Below, one piece after another: positions 52,822 to 62,322 of a stretch of DNA of 64,000 nt. The translations under genes and the position numbers were made by a program. Location: positions 2,880,001 through 2,944,000 of the forward strand of contig CP166615.1 in the NCBI GenBank assembly GCA_041937175.2, written 5' to 3'. This DNA is from Limnothrix sp. BL-A-16. GTDB taxonomy: Bacteria; Cyanobacteriota; Cyanobacteriia; CACIAM-69d. The notes under the pieces are model-generated. The model was not told where the DNA came from. It did no database searches and saw nothing but the letters and a program-made list of their open reading frames with translations. The stretch's first letter is position 1; the number at the start of each line of letters is the position of its first letter.

Positions 52822-53418
52822 ATGCCGAATCCTGAGCCAGAAATATTGCGCTTACTGGATCTGTTGCCGGCTTCGGCACGGATGACAATCAAGATTGTGG
52901 GTCGTTCAGAGCAACCTCAAGTGTTGTCGAGTTCCTTGCCGTTGCCCTGGCAGCGCGATCGCCCAATCTATGTGAATTTTGAACTGTGGCGGCGAATTCC
53001 CCGGCCCCAGCGAGATTTGTTGATGTTGCGCCAATCCTGTTGGCTGATGGGGGTGCGCTGGGTTGAACCCAACTGGTATCAAGGGGCGACCTTGGTGGGC
53101 TTGGCCAGCGCCGCTTGGCAAATTAGCCAGGGAGATGCCTTGGGGGCGGTGGCTTCCGGTGGGCTGGCGGGCTTGGCTGGCTGGCAAATTTGGCGCAACA
53201 ACCAGCGAACCGAGCGGGAATTGGAAGTGGATCTCGATGCGATCGCAGTGGCGGTGCGTCGGGGCTACGAAGAGCCGGAAGCGGCCCGGCTGTTGCTCGA
53301 AGGCATCGAAGCGGTGGCCCAATTGGAGCGGCGACCGGGAATGGAATTTTTGGAATTGCTTCGCTGTCAACGCTTACGCGCGATCGCCGGTGTATCTCCC
53401 CTCCGGCATGAGTCATGA
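52822..53418 (+). CDS. DUF3318-like membrane protein
   Basis: RLLDLLPASARM, QRDLL, ELLRCQRLRAIAG. Confidence 0.75.
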   Translation: MPNPEPEILRLLDLLPASARMTIKIVGRSEQPQVLSSSLPLPWQRDRPIYVNFELWRRIPRPQRDLLMLRQSCWLMGVRWVEPNWYQGATLVGLASAAWQISQGDALGAVASGGLAGLAGWQIWRNNQRTERELEVDLDAIAVAVRRGYEEPEAARLLLEGIEAVAQLERRPGMEFLELLRCQRLRAIAGVSPLRHES

Positions 53419-54098
53419 TCCCTAGGCTATTGGTGCGACGGGTTGCCCTGATGCCAGTGGTGCTGGCGGTGGGCCTCGGTGGGGGCCTGGGGGCCTGTGG
53501 TCGATCGACCCCGAGCACTTCGGTTCCGGAAGCGACCCCCGGGCCCACGGCGGAGCTGACGGCCACGGAGACCGCCCGCCCCACCCCAACGGGCAAGGCG
53601 GGGTATCAGTACCAAGCGCCCAATCGCAGTTTTCAAATTTGGTTTCCGGCCATACCCGACAGCTCAACGGATCCCTGGGTTTCCGCACACTACGACGGCG
53701 GCACAAGGTTCTATTACGCCAGGGGTGATCAGGCGGGGCCAGCCATTGACTCAGCCAATTCCAGCTCGTTGCCACATTACCTTCAGCATGTGGCCACGGG
53801 GGTGGCGTTGCAGTTTGGGGCCGAACGGGTTCAGCGATCGGAATGGGTGCGATCGAGCCAATGGCCAACCCTCAAATTTTCCTTTCAAAATAAGCGCGGC
53901 ATTCAATACGAAGCCCGCGCCATTTTTCGCCCCACTTACAGCCAATTATTTGTGCTGGTTTTTGGCACAACGGCGGCGGAATCATCCATGGGCTGGCCAG
54001 AATCTCGGGCTTTTTTCCAATCCTTCCGCCCGATCGATCCCGCCCCCACTGAACCGCCTAATTCGCCCGATCGCCCTGATCCCACCCCTGTGGATTAA
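53415..54098 (+). CDS. Hypothetical lipoprotein
   Basis: Lipobox LGAC, Pro/Thr linker; overlaps the upstream stop (ATGA). Confidence 0.65.
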   Translation: MIPRLLVRRVALMPVVLAVGLGGGLGACGRSTPSTSVPEATPGPTAELTATETARPTPTGKAGYQYQAPNRSFQIWFPAIPDSSTDPWVSAHYDGGTRFYYARGDQAGPAIDSANSSSLPHYLQHVATGVALQFGAERVQRSEWVRSSQWPTLKFSFQNKRGIQYEARAIFRPTYSQLFVLVFGTTAAESSMGWPESRAFFQSFRPIDPAPTEPPNSPDRPDPTPVD

Positions 54099-54186
54099 CT
54101 CCAAGGATTGCGGTCTCGTGAGTTAATCCTCAGAAATTGATCCCAAATTCAGTGATCCCAAATTCAGTGATCCCAAATCCAGCGAT

Positions 54187-54843
54187 CTAGGCAACCGGTT
54201 CCCGTTGGGCAATGACAGCATAGAACGGATCACCACCGCCTAGCCCCAACATTTTTAGGAAGGCGGGCCCGCTCGATCGCTCGATCATGTATTTCGGTTT
54301 GCCAAAGCCGGGCACATGGTTGAAATATTCACAAACCAGGGCCACTCGATCGGTTTCGGAGCGATCGCGCCAGGCCGCGATCGCCTTTTGATAAAACATC
54401 CGATTGGAAAAACTGACAATGGCAATGCCGCCGGGTTTCAGAATGCGATGAATTTCGCTAAAAATTGCTTCTGGATATTGCAAATATTGCACGGAAACCG
54501 TATTCAAAACCGCATCAAAATAAGCATCCTCAAAGGGAAGTTTTAAATCCACATTTAAGTTCTGGATGATGTAGCGATCGAGCCGGGGGTTTTTGGCCAA
54601 TTCCAAACCATTCATTCCATGGCCCACCACTTCCGCAAAGGTTAAATTTTCCGGTAAATGGGAAACCCAACTGCTCATCAAATCCAGAATCTTGGTGTTG
54701 GGTTGCAGTTTTTGGGCATAGAGCTGAGTCAGCCGATCAATAAACCCCTCATCCACATGGGTTACCAACCGTGGGTCTTGGTAAAAAAAGTTGTCGTTAC
54801 TGTCATCAAGTTTGGTGCGATCGTCGGGACGGAGCAGCATCAT
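54187..54843 (-). CDS. Type 11 SAM-dependent methyltransferase
   Basis: PRLVTHVD, LDLMSSWVSHLP, VSVQYL, SFSNR. Confidence 0.88.
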   Translation of the reverse strand: MMLLRPDDRTKLDDSNDNFFYQDPRLVTHVDEGFIDRLTQLYAQKLQPNTKILDLMSSWVSHLPENLTFAEVVGHGMNGLELAKNPRLDRYIIQNLNVDLKLPFEDAYFDAVLNTVSVQYLQYPEAIFSEIHRILKPGGIAIVSFSNRMFYQKAIAAWRDRSETDRVALVCEYFNHVPGFGKPKYMIERSSGPAFLKMLGLGGGDPFYAVIAQREPVA

Positions 54844-54957
54844 GATCGGGCAGAAAAGCGATAGAAATGGGCAATCAATACTAGGGTACAGAAAATTGCT
54901 GGTTGAGCCGGGGAATCACCGCGCTAGGATGAGGCGGACGGCGGCGAGTTGAAAGCT

Positions 54958-57171
54958 ATGGCACTTTCGCGACGAGACTTTTTGGGGCGATCGGGAGCGG
55001 CGCTGGCCGGATGGGGGCTGGCAGAGGCGATCGCAGCCCAACGGGTGGCGCAAGTGTTGGCGGAACCAACCGGCCGGCGCAAGGCCCTGTTAATTGGCAT
55101 TAATCAATACGAACCGGCGGCGATCGCCCCCAACGCGGCCTCGGTGGCCTTGGAAGGTTGCCTAAATGACGTGGCCCTCTGGCAAGAACTCCTAACTTCG
55201 CGGTTGGGCTTTCGGGCAGCAGATGTGGTGACCCTGACCGATCGGGCGGCGGAGCGGGCCCAATGGCAAGCGGCATTGGAGGACTGCGCGGTGGGACTCC
55301 GGGCCGGTGATGCGGTGGTCTGGCAATTCAGCGGCTATGGGGGCCTTTTAGCCGATGGAACGGGCCTGTTGGTTCCGGCGGATGGTCGCTTGCCCACCCT
55401 GACCCGTGAGGCGGTGGCTTCTGTGGAGGTGACCGGCCCCCTGCGCGATTGGAGCGAAATTACGATTCAAGACTGGCTGCGATCGCTGCCCACGGAACGG
55501 GTGCTGGGCGTTGTGGATGCAGGATTTGCCCCTGCTCCGGCCCCAACCTGGGTTCGCCATCGATCGCGCCCGGTGCTCACCCCTGGTGCTCTGGATCCAG
55601 AAGAACTGGCTTGGCAGCAACAGTTACGCCGCGCCCGATCGGGGCGATCGAGCGCCGCCAGTGGGTGGTGGTTGCGAGCCAGCCAGCCCGATCGCCCCGC
55701 CCTGGAATTGCCCCAATCGGGTTTTGTGGCCGGGGCCTTCACCTGGGCCTTGGTGCAACAACTTTGGAACAGTCTCCCCGCCAGTACCCTATGGTTTGAC
55801 CTGGCCCAAACCGCCGCCCGGGTCGCGGATCAAGGGGGCCAACAACAGCCGATCGCCCAACGGCTGGGGGCCGCCGCGATTCGGGAGAATATTGGCGAAA
55901 ACATTGGCGAAAACATTGGCGAAAACTTGGGGCAATGGTTGGCCACGGCAGCGGGGCCCAGCGCGGGCATAGTCTTGGCCACGGATTCGGTGAATCGCAC
56001 GGTGACGGTGAGCTTGGCCGGTTTGGCTCCTGTGGCCCTGGCGGGAGCCGCCCAGGGCCTGATCCTCGAACCCGCAGCCCCGGCCCCATCGGATGCCACT
56101 GCCTCGGTTGGGGGGCTGCGCATCACCGGCCGCAATGGTTGGCGGGCGATCGGGCAACCCGTGACCGAAGACAGTCGCGATCGGCCGGTTGAGGCCTTCA
56201 CCTGGCAACCGGGGCAACGCTTGCGGGAACGGTGGCGCATTTTGACCCGCAACCTGGAGCTACAGGTGGCTCTGGATCCAAACTTTGAGCGCATTGAGCG
56301 GATTGATGCCACCAGCGCCTTTGATGCCTTGTCCCATGTGACGGTGGTGAATCCCGAAAACCGGGCGATCGATGCTTGGTTTGCCCGGGCTGCCCGCCCC
56401 ACCGCCAATCCTGACCCCAACGGAGACGAAGCCAAAACCGCCTATGGCCTTTGGCGACCGGGCCAAACCCTCTGGCCCAACACGGTGGGCGAAAGTGGCG
56501 AAGCGCTCAAAACCGCCGTGCAGCGCTTAGGGCCACAATTACATAGCCTGTTGGCTCGCAAGCTTTGGCGGGCCACACTAAATCAGGGAGCCGAATGGCC
56601 CGTGCGCATCACCCTGGCGGCCCTGGAAACGCCCGATCGCCCCCTTCTGCAATGGAGCACTCTGCCCAATGCTGGCGGTGCGATCGGCCCCAACGGTTCG
56701 ATCGCGCCGGCCACCTTCACCAGCAGCAGCCGGCCCCAACTCACTCTGGAAAATGCCGGAACCGTTCCCCTGTGGGCCTTGGTATTGCAACTGGATTCCC
56801 TGGGACGAACCACCCTAGTGCAAAACCTGGGGCAAGACACGGAGCCAGGCCAAACCCTGTTGGCCCCCAACAGTCGCCAAACCCTCAGTTGGCCCGCTGC
56901 CCCCAGTCGGGGCTTAGGGTCTCTGTTGGTGTGGCTCAGTCGAGATCCCCTGGAGCGGGTGCAGGCCAGCTTGCCCAGCCTGCAAACCGGCGAGGGCGAT
57001 CGCCTGTGGCCCCTGGCCCAACCACTGGCCCTGGCCCGCCAACTGCTGGAAGACCTCCAGCAAATCAGCGTGAATCATGCTGCGCCCCCCGGCCGATCGC
57101 CCAGCCCCGATAGCTATACCCTCGACTGTCGGCAATGGATGGCCTGGGAGTTGCCCTTTCGGTTAATTTAG
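54958..57171 (+). CDS. Caspase-like (peptidase C14) protein with substituted catalytic dyad and Tat-like signal
   Basis: SRRDFL, RKALLIGINQY, LEGCLNDV; FSGYG in place of FSGHG and VDAG in place of DxC. Confidence 0.8.
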   Translation: MALSRRDFLGRSGAALAGWGLAEAIAAQRVAQVLAEPTGRRKALLIGINQYEPAAIAPNAASVALEGCLNDVALWQELLTSRLGFRAADVVTLTDRAAERAQWQAALEDCAVGLRAGDAVVWQFSGYGGLLADGTGLLVPADGRLPTLTREAVASVEVTGPLRDWSEITIQDWLRSLPTERVLGVVDAGFAPAPAPTWVRHRSRPVLTPGALDPEELAWQQQLRRARSGRSSAASGWWLRASQPDRPALELPQSGFVAGAFTWALVQQLWNSLPASTLWFDLAQTAARVADQGGQQQPIAQRLGAAAIRENIGENIGENIGENLGQWLATAAGPSAGIVLATDSVNRTVTVSLAGLAPVALAGAAQGLILEPAAPAPSDATASVGGLRITGRNGWRAIGQPVTEDSRDRPVEAFTWQPGQRLRERWRILTRNLELQVALDPNFERIERIDATSAFDALSHVTVVNPENRAIDAWFARAARPTANPDPNGDEAKTAYGLWRPGQTLWPNTVGESGEALKTAVQRLGPQLHSLLARKLWRATLNQGAEWPVRITLAALETPDRPLLQWSTLPNAGGAIGPNGSIAPATFTSSSRPQLTLENAGTVPLWALVLQLDSLGRTTLVQNLGQDTEPGQTLLAPNSRQTLSWPAAPSRGLGSLLVWLSRDPLERVQASLPSLQTGEGDRLWPLAQPLALARQLLEDLQQISVNHAAPPGRSPSPDSYTLDCRQWMAWELPFRLI

Positions 57172-58008
57172 GAACTCCACCACAATTCGATCGCCCCGAT
57201 TCAAATTCAACCGTTGGGCCGCATTCCCCCCCGCACAGGCCACCTCCACCCAATCGTGGCTACCCACAAGCGCCACAAAATCATGGAGCGATCGGCTGCT
57301 GTAGGTGAGCTGCGAGGGAATTAGTTGCTCGCCAATGCATACCCGCCAAGGGCGATCGCTCACCCGTTGGGCCGGAATGGTGGAAATTAGATTGCCAAAG
57401 TGATCCACATGCTGCACCACCCCCTCCAAACTGGCCGGATTGGCCCCGGCCGCCGGATGGGACACCAAATCCGGCAGCGGCAAATGCACCAAACTGGCCG
57501 GGTCGATCGGGTTGCCCAAATCCGCCAACGGAACCCCATTGGCCAAGTGGGCCGCCACCGCCGCAAAAATATCGCGGCCATGGAACGTGTGGCTCGGGTT
57601 CGGCAATCGCCAAAAGTTGCGCTGGGTCAGCACCACGGCCGACTCCGCCGGAAATTGCGCCAACAGGCCACTCCAAAGGCCGTTGTCTGGGCCCACCAAC
57701 CAGCCCCGATCGAAGGCGATCGCGATCGGTCGCCGTTCACCCCCCACGCCCGGATCCACCACCGCCAAGAACACCGTCCCCAACGGAAACGCCGCCGCCG
57801 AGTTGGCCAACACAAACCGCGCCGCCCACAAATCCTGAGGGGGAATTTCATGGGTCAGATCAATGGTAGGAATGGCGGGATTGACCTGGGCAATCACCCC
57901 CTTCAGCACCCCCGCATAGCCATCGGCCGTGCCAAAGTCCGTCAACAGGGCGATCGGCCGAGGCGGCGCTAACCAAGCGGTGAGGGGAGCTGTTGGGAAA
58001 AAATCCAT
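57163..58008 (-). CDS. SAM hydrolase / SAM-dependent halogenase family (DUF62)
   Basis: LLTDFG, VVDPGVG, GPDNG, TFHGRDIFA, DHFGN. Confidence 0.9.
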   Translation of the reverse strand: MDFFPTAPLTAWLAPPRPIALLTDFGTADGYAGVLKGVIAQVNPAIPTIDLTHEIPPQDLWAARFVLANSAAAFPLGTVFLAVVDPGVGGERRPIAIAFDRGWLVGPDNGLWSGLLAQFPAESAVVLTQRNFWRLPNPSHTFHGRDIFAAVAAHLANGVPLADLGNPIDPASLVHLPLPDLVSHPAAGANPASLEGVVQHVDHFGNLISTIPAQRVSDRPWRVCIGEQLIPSQLTYSSRSLHDFVALVGSHDWVEVACAGGNAAQRLNLNRGDRIVVEFLN

Positions 58009-58088
58009 GGGTTACTGGAATATGGGGCCTTTGAACACCATTTGAACATCAGTTACTTGAATCGATTCTGAAAAAAGATAAATTTTCT

Positions 58089-58102
58089 GTAATAGCTGAT
58101 AC
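58089..58102. promoter_or_regulatory. NtcA box upstream of pirA
   Basis: GTAATAGCTGATAC = GTA-N8-TAC. Confidence 0.7.
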
Positions 58103-58302
58103 TTTCTGAATCAAAATTACGCTATCTTAGCGATAGAAGGCCCTCTCAGGAGTGGCTAGTGTCGCCAGCCGAAGCTTCATGATTCACTTCTGCAAGCTGA
58201 ATCATCGCAGTATTCGCGCCTTCTGTCGTCTGGTTGGTCACTTCAACGATCGTCCCAGGCACTCTCAACCCCTATCCACCTTTCGTCGATCGTTTCCTAG
58301 CC

Positions 58303-58464
58303 ATGTTTGGAATCCGCCGCAATCGCCCCAACCCCGCCCAAGTTGCGCAAGTTCACCGCGAAAATCTGCGCAAGCTGCTGGAACACCGCATTGAAGTGGC
58401 TCGCGCTAAGGGTGACAACGATTTGGTTCGTAGCCTCGAAGCCGAAGCTGAGTACCTGAAATAA
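58303..58464 (+). CDS. pirA: PII-interacting regulator of arginine synthesis PirA (Ssr0692-like)
   Basis: 53 aa; HRENLRKLLEHRIEVARAKGDNDLVRSLEAEAEYL. Confidence 0.85.
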   Translation: MFGIRRNRPNPAQVAQVHRENLRKLLEHRIEVARAKGDNDLVRSLEAEAEYLK

Positions 58465-58776
58465 CTGTCAATCCGTCAATTAAGAGCTGATTCAATTTGT
58501 TCAGAATCGCTTGCCGATCGGCGCTTGGGTTCTGCGTTGTCGCAAGTTCCCGCCCGTCTGATCTGCCAAGGAAAAGTCGTCACATCAAAGCTGCCTGGGT
58601 CGAAACACCTGGGCAGCTTTGTATTGGGGCTGCTTTCCGCAGTTCTCCCCGCAGCCCAAAGATCCGCGATCGGATGCGTCCCAACCGGGTTTCGATCGAT
58701 CAGTTTCGATCGAGATTGCGATCCGCCTTGGGTCTGCCACGAACCGGCGACCCAGGCGGCCGTGCGGATGGTTGCT

Positions 58777-59637
58777 TTAGGCGGATTCCGTCAGCGCCCC
58801 ATAGAACTCGGGCCGGCGATCGCGGAAGAAACCAAAGCTGGCGCGATCGAGCGCTGTCTGGGTCAAATCCAACGTTGCCATCAAAATCTCGGGTTGATCG
58901 ATCGCCCCTTGGGTCAGTAGCTCGCCCCGGTGATCGCAAATAAAACTCGTGCCATAGAATTTTTGCCCATCCTCATTGCCGATCCGGTTGGCCGCCACCA
59001 CGGGCACAACGTTACAGACCGCATGGCCCAACATGGCCCGCATCCACATCGGCCGCGTATCCAGGTTTGGCTCCTGGGGTTCCGAGCCGATCGCCGTGGG
59101 ATAGAGCAGCACCTCCGCCCCCATCAACACCATCGATCGGGCGCATTCCGGGAACCATTGATCCCAGCAAATGCCCACCCCCAGGCAGCCAAACCGGGTT
59201 TGCCACACCTTAAAACCCGTGTTGCCCGCTCGGAAATAGAACTTTTCTTCGTAACCGGGGCCGTCGGGAATGTGGCTCTTGCGGTAGAGACCGAGGATCG
59301 AACCATCCGCATCGATCGTCACCAAGCTGTTGTAGTAGTGCTGGCCGTCCCGCTCAAAAATTGAGGTGGGAATCACCGTGCCCGTTTCCCGCGCCACCTG
59401 TTGCATAGCCACCACCGCCGGATGTTCCGTGGCGGGGTAAGCCGAGGCGAAAAATTCCGCCCGTTCTTCTTTGCAAAAATAGGGCCCTTGAAATAATTCT
59501 GGCGGCAAAATCACTTGCGCCCCTTGGCTGGCGGCTTGGCGAGCAGCGGCCACAACACGATCGATATTGTCCTGCAAATTCCAGGTTTCAAAGGCATCTT
59601 GCAAGGCAGCAACGGTGACGGTGCGATGGTTTGTCAT
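58777..59637 (-). CDS. aguB: N-carbamoylputrescine amidase
   Basis: Nitrilase triad: PELF, YRKSHIPDGPGYEEKFYF, ICWDQWFPE; YPTAIGSEP. Confidence 0.93.
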   Translation of the reverse strand: MTNHRTVTVAALQDAFETWNLQDNIDRVVAAARQAASQGAQVILPPELFQGPYFCKEERAEFFASAYPATEHPAVVAMQQVARETGTVIPTSIFERDGQHYYNSLVTIDADGSILGLYRKSHIPDGPGYEEKFYFRAGNTGFKVWQTRFGCLGVGICWDQWFPECARSMVLMGAEVLLYPTAIGSEPQEPNLDTRPMWMRAMLGHAVCNVVPVVAANRIGNEDGQKFYGTSFICDHRGELLTQGAIDQPEILMATLDLTQTALDRASFGFFRDRRPEFYGALTESA

Positions 59638-59724
59638 GGGTTGAAAGGAGATAGAGCTTTGACGGTTGAAGTGGGTAGAGTAACGAGCCTAAAGACCTAT
59701 ATAAATAAATTGTTTGTGGTTGGC

Positions 59725-60081
59725 TTATGAATCGTTACTTCTCTCGGAGAGAATCGCAGATTCAAGTTTAGGCAGTAAACTCGGTAGTTCTTGAGTAACC
59801 ACTTGCCAAACAAGTTCCAGATCAATTTCAAAATAAGCGTGAACCAAGCGATTTCTCATACCAATTATGGCTCGCCAAGGGATTTCAGGATAACGACTTT
59901 GGCAGTCTGGAGAGATGCGATTAGCTGCTTCTCCGATAATTTCAATTTCCTTGACTAAGGCAACAACCAATAGGCGATTACTCTCGAAATCCAGTTGCTG
60001 AACTCCTTGAATAAAGGTGATGGCTTCTTGCGCAGCATCTCTCATGTGCTGGAGCCTTGTGTAATCATCAATAATACTCAT
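59725..60081 (-). CDS. HEPN (DUF86) RNase toxin, HepT-like
   Basis: EIIGEA and RNRLVHAY (RX4HXY). Confidence 0.88.
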   Translation of the reverse strand: MSIIDDYTRLQHMRDAAQEAITFIQGVQQLDFESNRLLVVALVKEIEIIGEAANRISPDCQSRYPEIPWRAIIGMRNRLVHAYFEIDLELVWQVVTQELPSLLPKLESAILSERSNDS

Positions 60082-60106
60082 GAATATTTTTAGCCTAGAG
60101 CTAAGT

Positions 60107-60442
60107 TCAAGCTTGTTTGTAGAGGATATAGGCTTCGGATAAAACGCGATCGCGGAAATATCGGCTGAGTTCTGCGGGTGTTCGCAAATCAACAACTTTT
60201 CCAAAGAGCTGAGTGAGTTCATCCTGCATCGTCACAATCTGGAATCCTGGCGTTTTACCCGGTAAAAACTGCACCAAAATATCCACATCGCTATCATCTC
60301 GGAAATCTTCGCGCAAAACAGAACCAAAGAGCGCCAACACTTGAACATGGTGACGCTGGCAAAAGTCCTGAATGGCCAGTTCAGGGATTGTGATTGGGAG
60401 AGATTTAGGAGCTACTTGGTGGGTAATTGGGCGATCGAGCAT
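60107..60442 (-). CDS. Minimal nucleotidyltransferase antitoxin, MntA-like
   Basis: FGSVLREDFRDDSDVD (GSX10DXD), KVVDL. Confidence 0.88.
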   Translation of the reverse strand: MLDRPITHQVAPKSLPITIPELAIQDFCQRHHVQVLALFGSVLREDFRDDSDVDILVQFLPGKTPGFQIVTMQDELTQLFGKVVDLRTPAELSRYFRDRVLSEAYILYKQA

Positions 60443-60456
60443 AGAACCATTCCAAA

Positions 60457-61080
60457 TTATGCGCTAGGAGTAGACTCCTGAAGTTGGGTGGCGATGATGT
60501 GATGCAAACAGCCCAAGACTAGGTTCAAGGGATTGAGGTAATACCGATCGCGATCGACCGTTAATTGCTGTTGGTGGAGTCGCAAAAACTGCCAAACTTC
60601 CCCCGTAGTAACACAGCCAAAAATTTGCGGTAGTGATTCTCCCTGCGATCGATTAAACACTTCAGCCCCCACCATTTGGGCGGCGCATTGACCAATCCCC
60701 GCTTCCACATCATCTCGCTTGGCTTCCACTAAACAAAAAATCGGCGATCGCACCAGCAGCGCTGTTTTACCTTTGCCCAAAATAAAATCACATTCACCGG
60801 TTAGCCCCCGATCGCGATCGACCTCAAAATTTCGCCCTGAATAAATTGCTAATTGATCGCCATATTGCCGTTCTAATTCCAACAATAAGGGCGCAATTAA
60901 AAACTCCGATCGCGCCTTTTCACTTCCCCCAGGTAATGCGAGCGATCGCCCCAAATTTAGGGTTTCCAACAACCAAGTACTCGGCTCGATCGGTTGCAAG
61001 GTTGGGAACAGGGAATCATAGCGATCGACTAACTCAAAGGAGTCCAAAACAGCCGCTAACGAAAAGTCACCATAGGCCAT
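60457..61080 (-). CDS. PD-(D/E)XK-fold hypothetical protein (HsdR N-terminal-like)
   Basis: SEKARSEFLIAP, GECDF, VEAK, GQCAAQM, GCVTTGEVWQF. Confidence 0.7.
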   Translation of the reverse strand: MAYGDFSLAAVLDSFELVDRYDSLFPTLQPIEPSTWLLETLNLGRSLALPGGSEKARSEFLIAPLLLELERQYGDQLAIYSGRNFEVDRDRGLTGECDFILGKGKTALLVRSPIFCLVEAKRDDVEAGIGQCAAQMVGAEVFNRSQGESLPQIFGCVTTGEVWQFLRLHQQQLTVDRDRYYLNPLNLVLGCLHHIIATQLQESTPSA

Positions 61081-61139
61081 AAACCTTGCTCCTAAGAGGA
61101 TGCTTAAAAGGCTAAAATCGATACGTCACTTGCCTGGAT

Positions 61140-61255
61140 GATCGACAAAGACAAGGGGCTGATCGACAAAGACAAGGGGCTGATCGATAAAGACAAGGGG
61201 CTGATCGATAAAGACAAGGGGCTGATCGATAAAGACAAGGGGCTTAAGCCCCTTG
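61140..61255. repeat. Five tandem 21-bp units ending in the REP-like palindrome
   Basis: GATCGA(C/T)AAAGACAAGGGGCT x5 followed by TAAGCCCCTTG. Confidence 0.95.
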
Positions 61256-61281
61256 CCCCCAAGACTAGCTGCCCTCGATCG

Positions 61282-62322
61282 CTAGCGGGGTTGCTGTTGG
61301 GAAATGCAGTGAAACGAGCCGCCCCCTTGCAGGATATTTTTGGCGGGTAAACCAATTACTTCCCGATCGCCCCACAGTTCGCGCAAATCCTGGGCGATCG
61401 CCTGCAAAGCTGCCACCGCTGCCCCATCAAAGGGCGAGCCGTATTGGGGCACAATCACCCGCGTATTGCTGATATAGAAATTGACATAGCTGGCGGCCAT
61501 CAGCTCGCCGTCCTCGTCTTCCACGCGACCCGGCGACGGAATCGTTAGCACCTCGATCGCCCGGCCCTTGGCATCCCGCGCGGCTTGCAACGTGGCGATC
61601 GCCTCTAGGAGCGCTTCCCGGTTCGGATCATCGGGGCCGCTGGGTTCCATGCACACCACCGTTCCCGGAGCCACAAACCTCGCCAAATTGTCCACATGGC
61701 CATCGGTGTGGTCGTTTTGCAGCCCGTCGCCCAGCCAGATGATCTGCGCAATGCCCAGGTTAGATTTCAACTTGGCTTCGATGTCCGCCTGCGATAACTC
61801 AGGGTTGCGGTTGGGGTTCAGCAAACATTGGCGGGTGGTCAGCAGCGTGCCTTCGCCATCATGATCGATCGCCCCACCTTCGAGTGTCCAAGGGTGCGGC
61901 AAAAAGTCCACCCCCGATTGCAGGGCGATCCGTTCCGCCACCGAGTCGTCATGGTCGAGCACGTACTTGCCGCCCCAACCGTTGAACCGAAACCCGATCG
62001 CCACCGGTTCCCCCAAGCTGTCGCGCAAAAACAGCGGCCCCGTATCTCGCAACCAAATATCCCCAAAGGGTTCATCGTAAATCGTGGCTCCCAAGGGTTC
62101 CAAAGCCGCTTGGGCTTCCGCAACTTGAGTGGAACCGCAGGCGAGCACGTGCAGCGCCTCCCCCCGTGGCTGGCCGGTGGCGGGGTCGCAATCGGCGATC
62201 GCCCGGGCCAGACCCAACACCTCCGACTGCACATCGCGATAGGCATCCAGCCACAAATCGGGATGGCTGGGCCAAGCCAACCAAACCGCCGCATGTTCGT
62301 GCCATTCAGGAGGGAAATACAT
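61282..62322 (-). CDS. aguA: Agmatine deiminase
   Basis: PPEW, DIWLRDTGP, LEGG, DHTDGHVD, SYVNF, GGGSFHCISQQQP. Confidence 0.95.
   Translation of the reverse strand: MYFPPEWHEHAAVWLAWPSHPDLWLDAYRDVQSEVLGLARAIADCDPATGQPRGEALHVLACGSTQVAEAQAALEPLGATIYDEPFGDIWLRDTGPLFLRDSLGEPVAIGFRFNGWGGKYVLDHDDSVAERIALQSGVDFLPHPWTLEGGAIDHDGEGTLLTTRQCLLNPNRNPELSQADIEAKLKSNLGIAQIIWLGDGLQNDHTDGHVDNLARFVAPGTVVCMEPSGPDDPNREALLEAIATLQAARDAKGRAIEVLTIPSPGRVEDEDGELMAASYVNFYISNTRVIVPQYGSPFDGAAVAALQAIAQDLRELWGDREVIGLPAKNILQGGGSFHCISQQQPR

Noticed and set aside
57163..58008. Halogenase (fluorinase or chlorinase) activity
   Set aside because: The DUF62 family is mostly SAM hydrolases, and there is no biosynthetic cluster context here
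58135..58302. Glutamine riboswitch in the pirA leader
   Set aside because: Could not match the conserved glnA or downstream-peptide motif sequences; an Rfam scan would be needed
61140..61255. Possible CRISPR array
   Set aside because: Units are contiguous with no unique spacers, and there are no cas genes in the window
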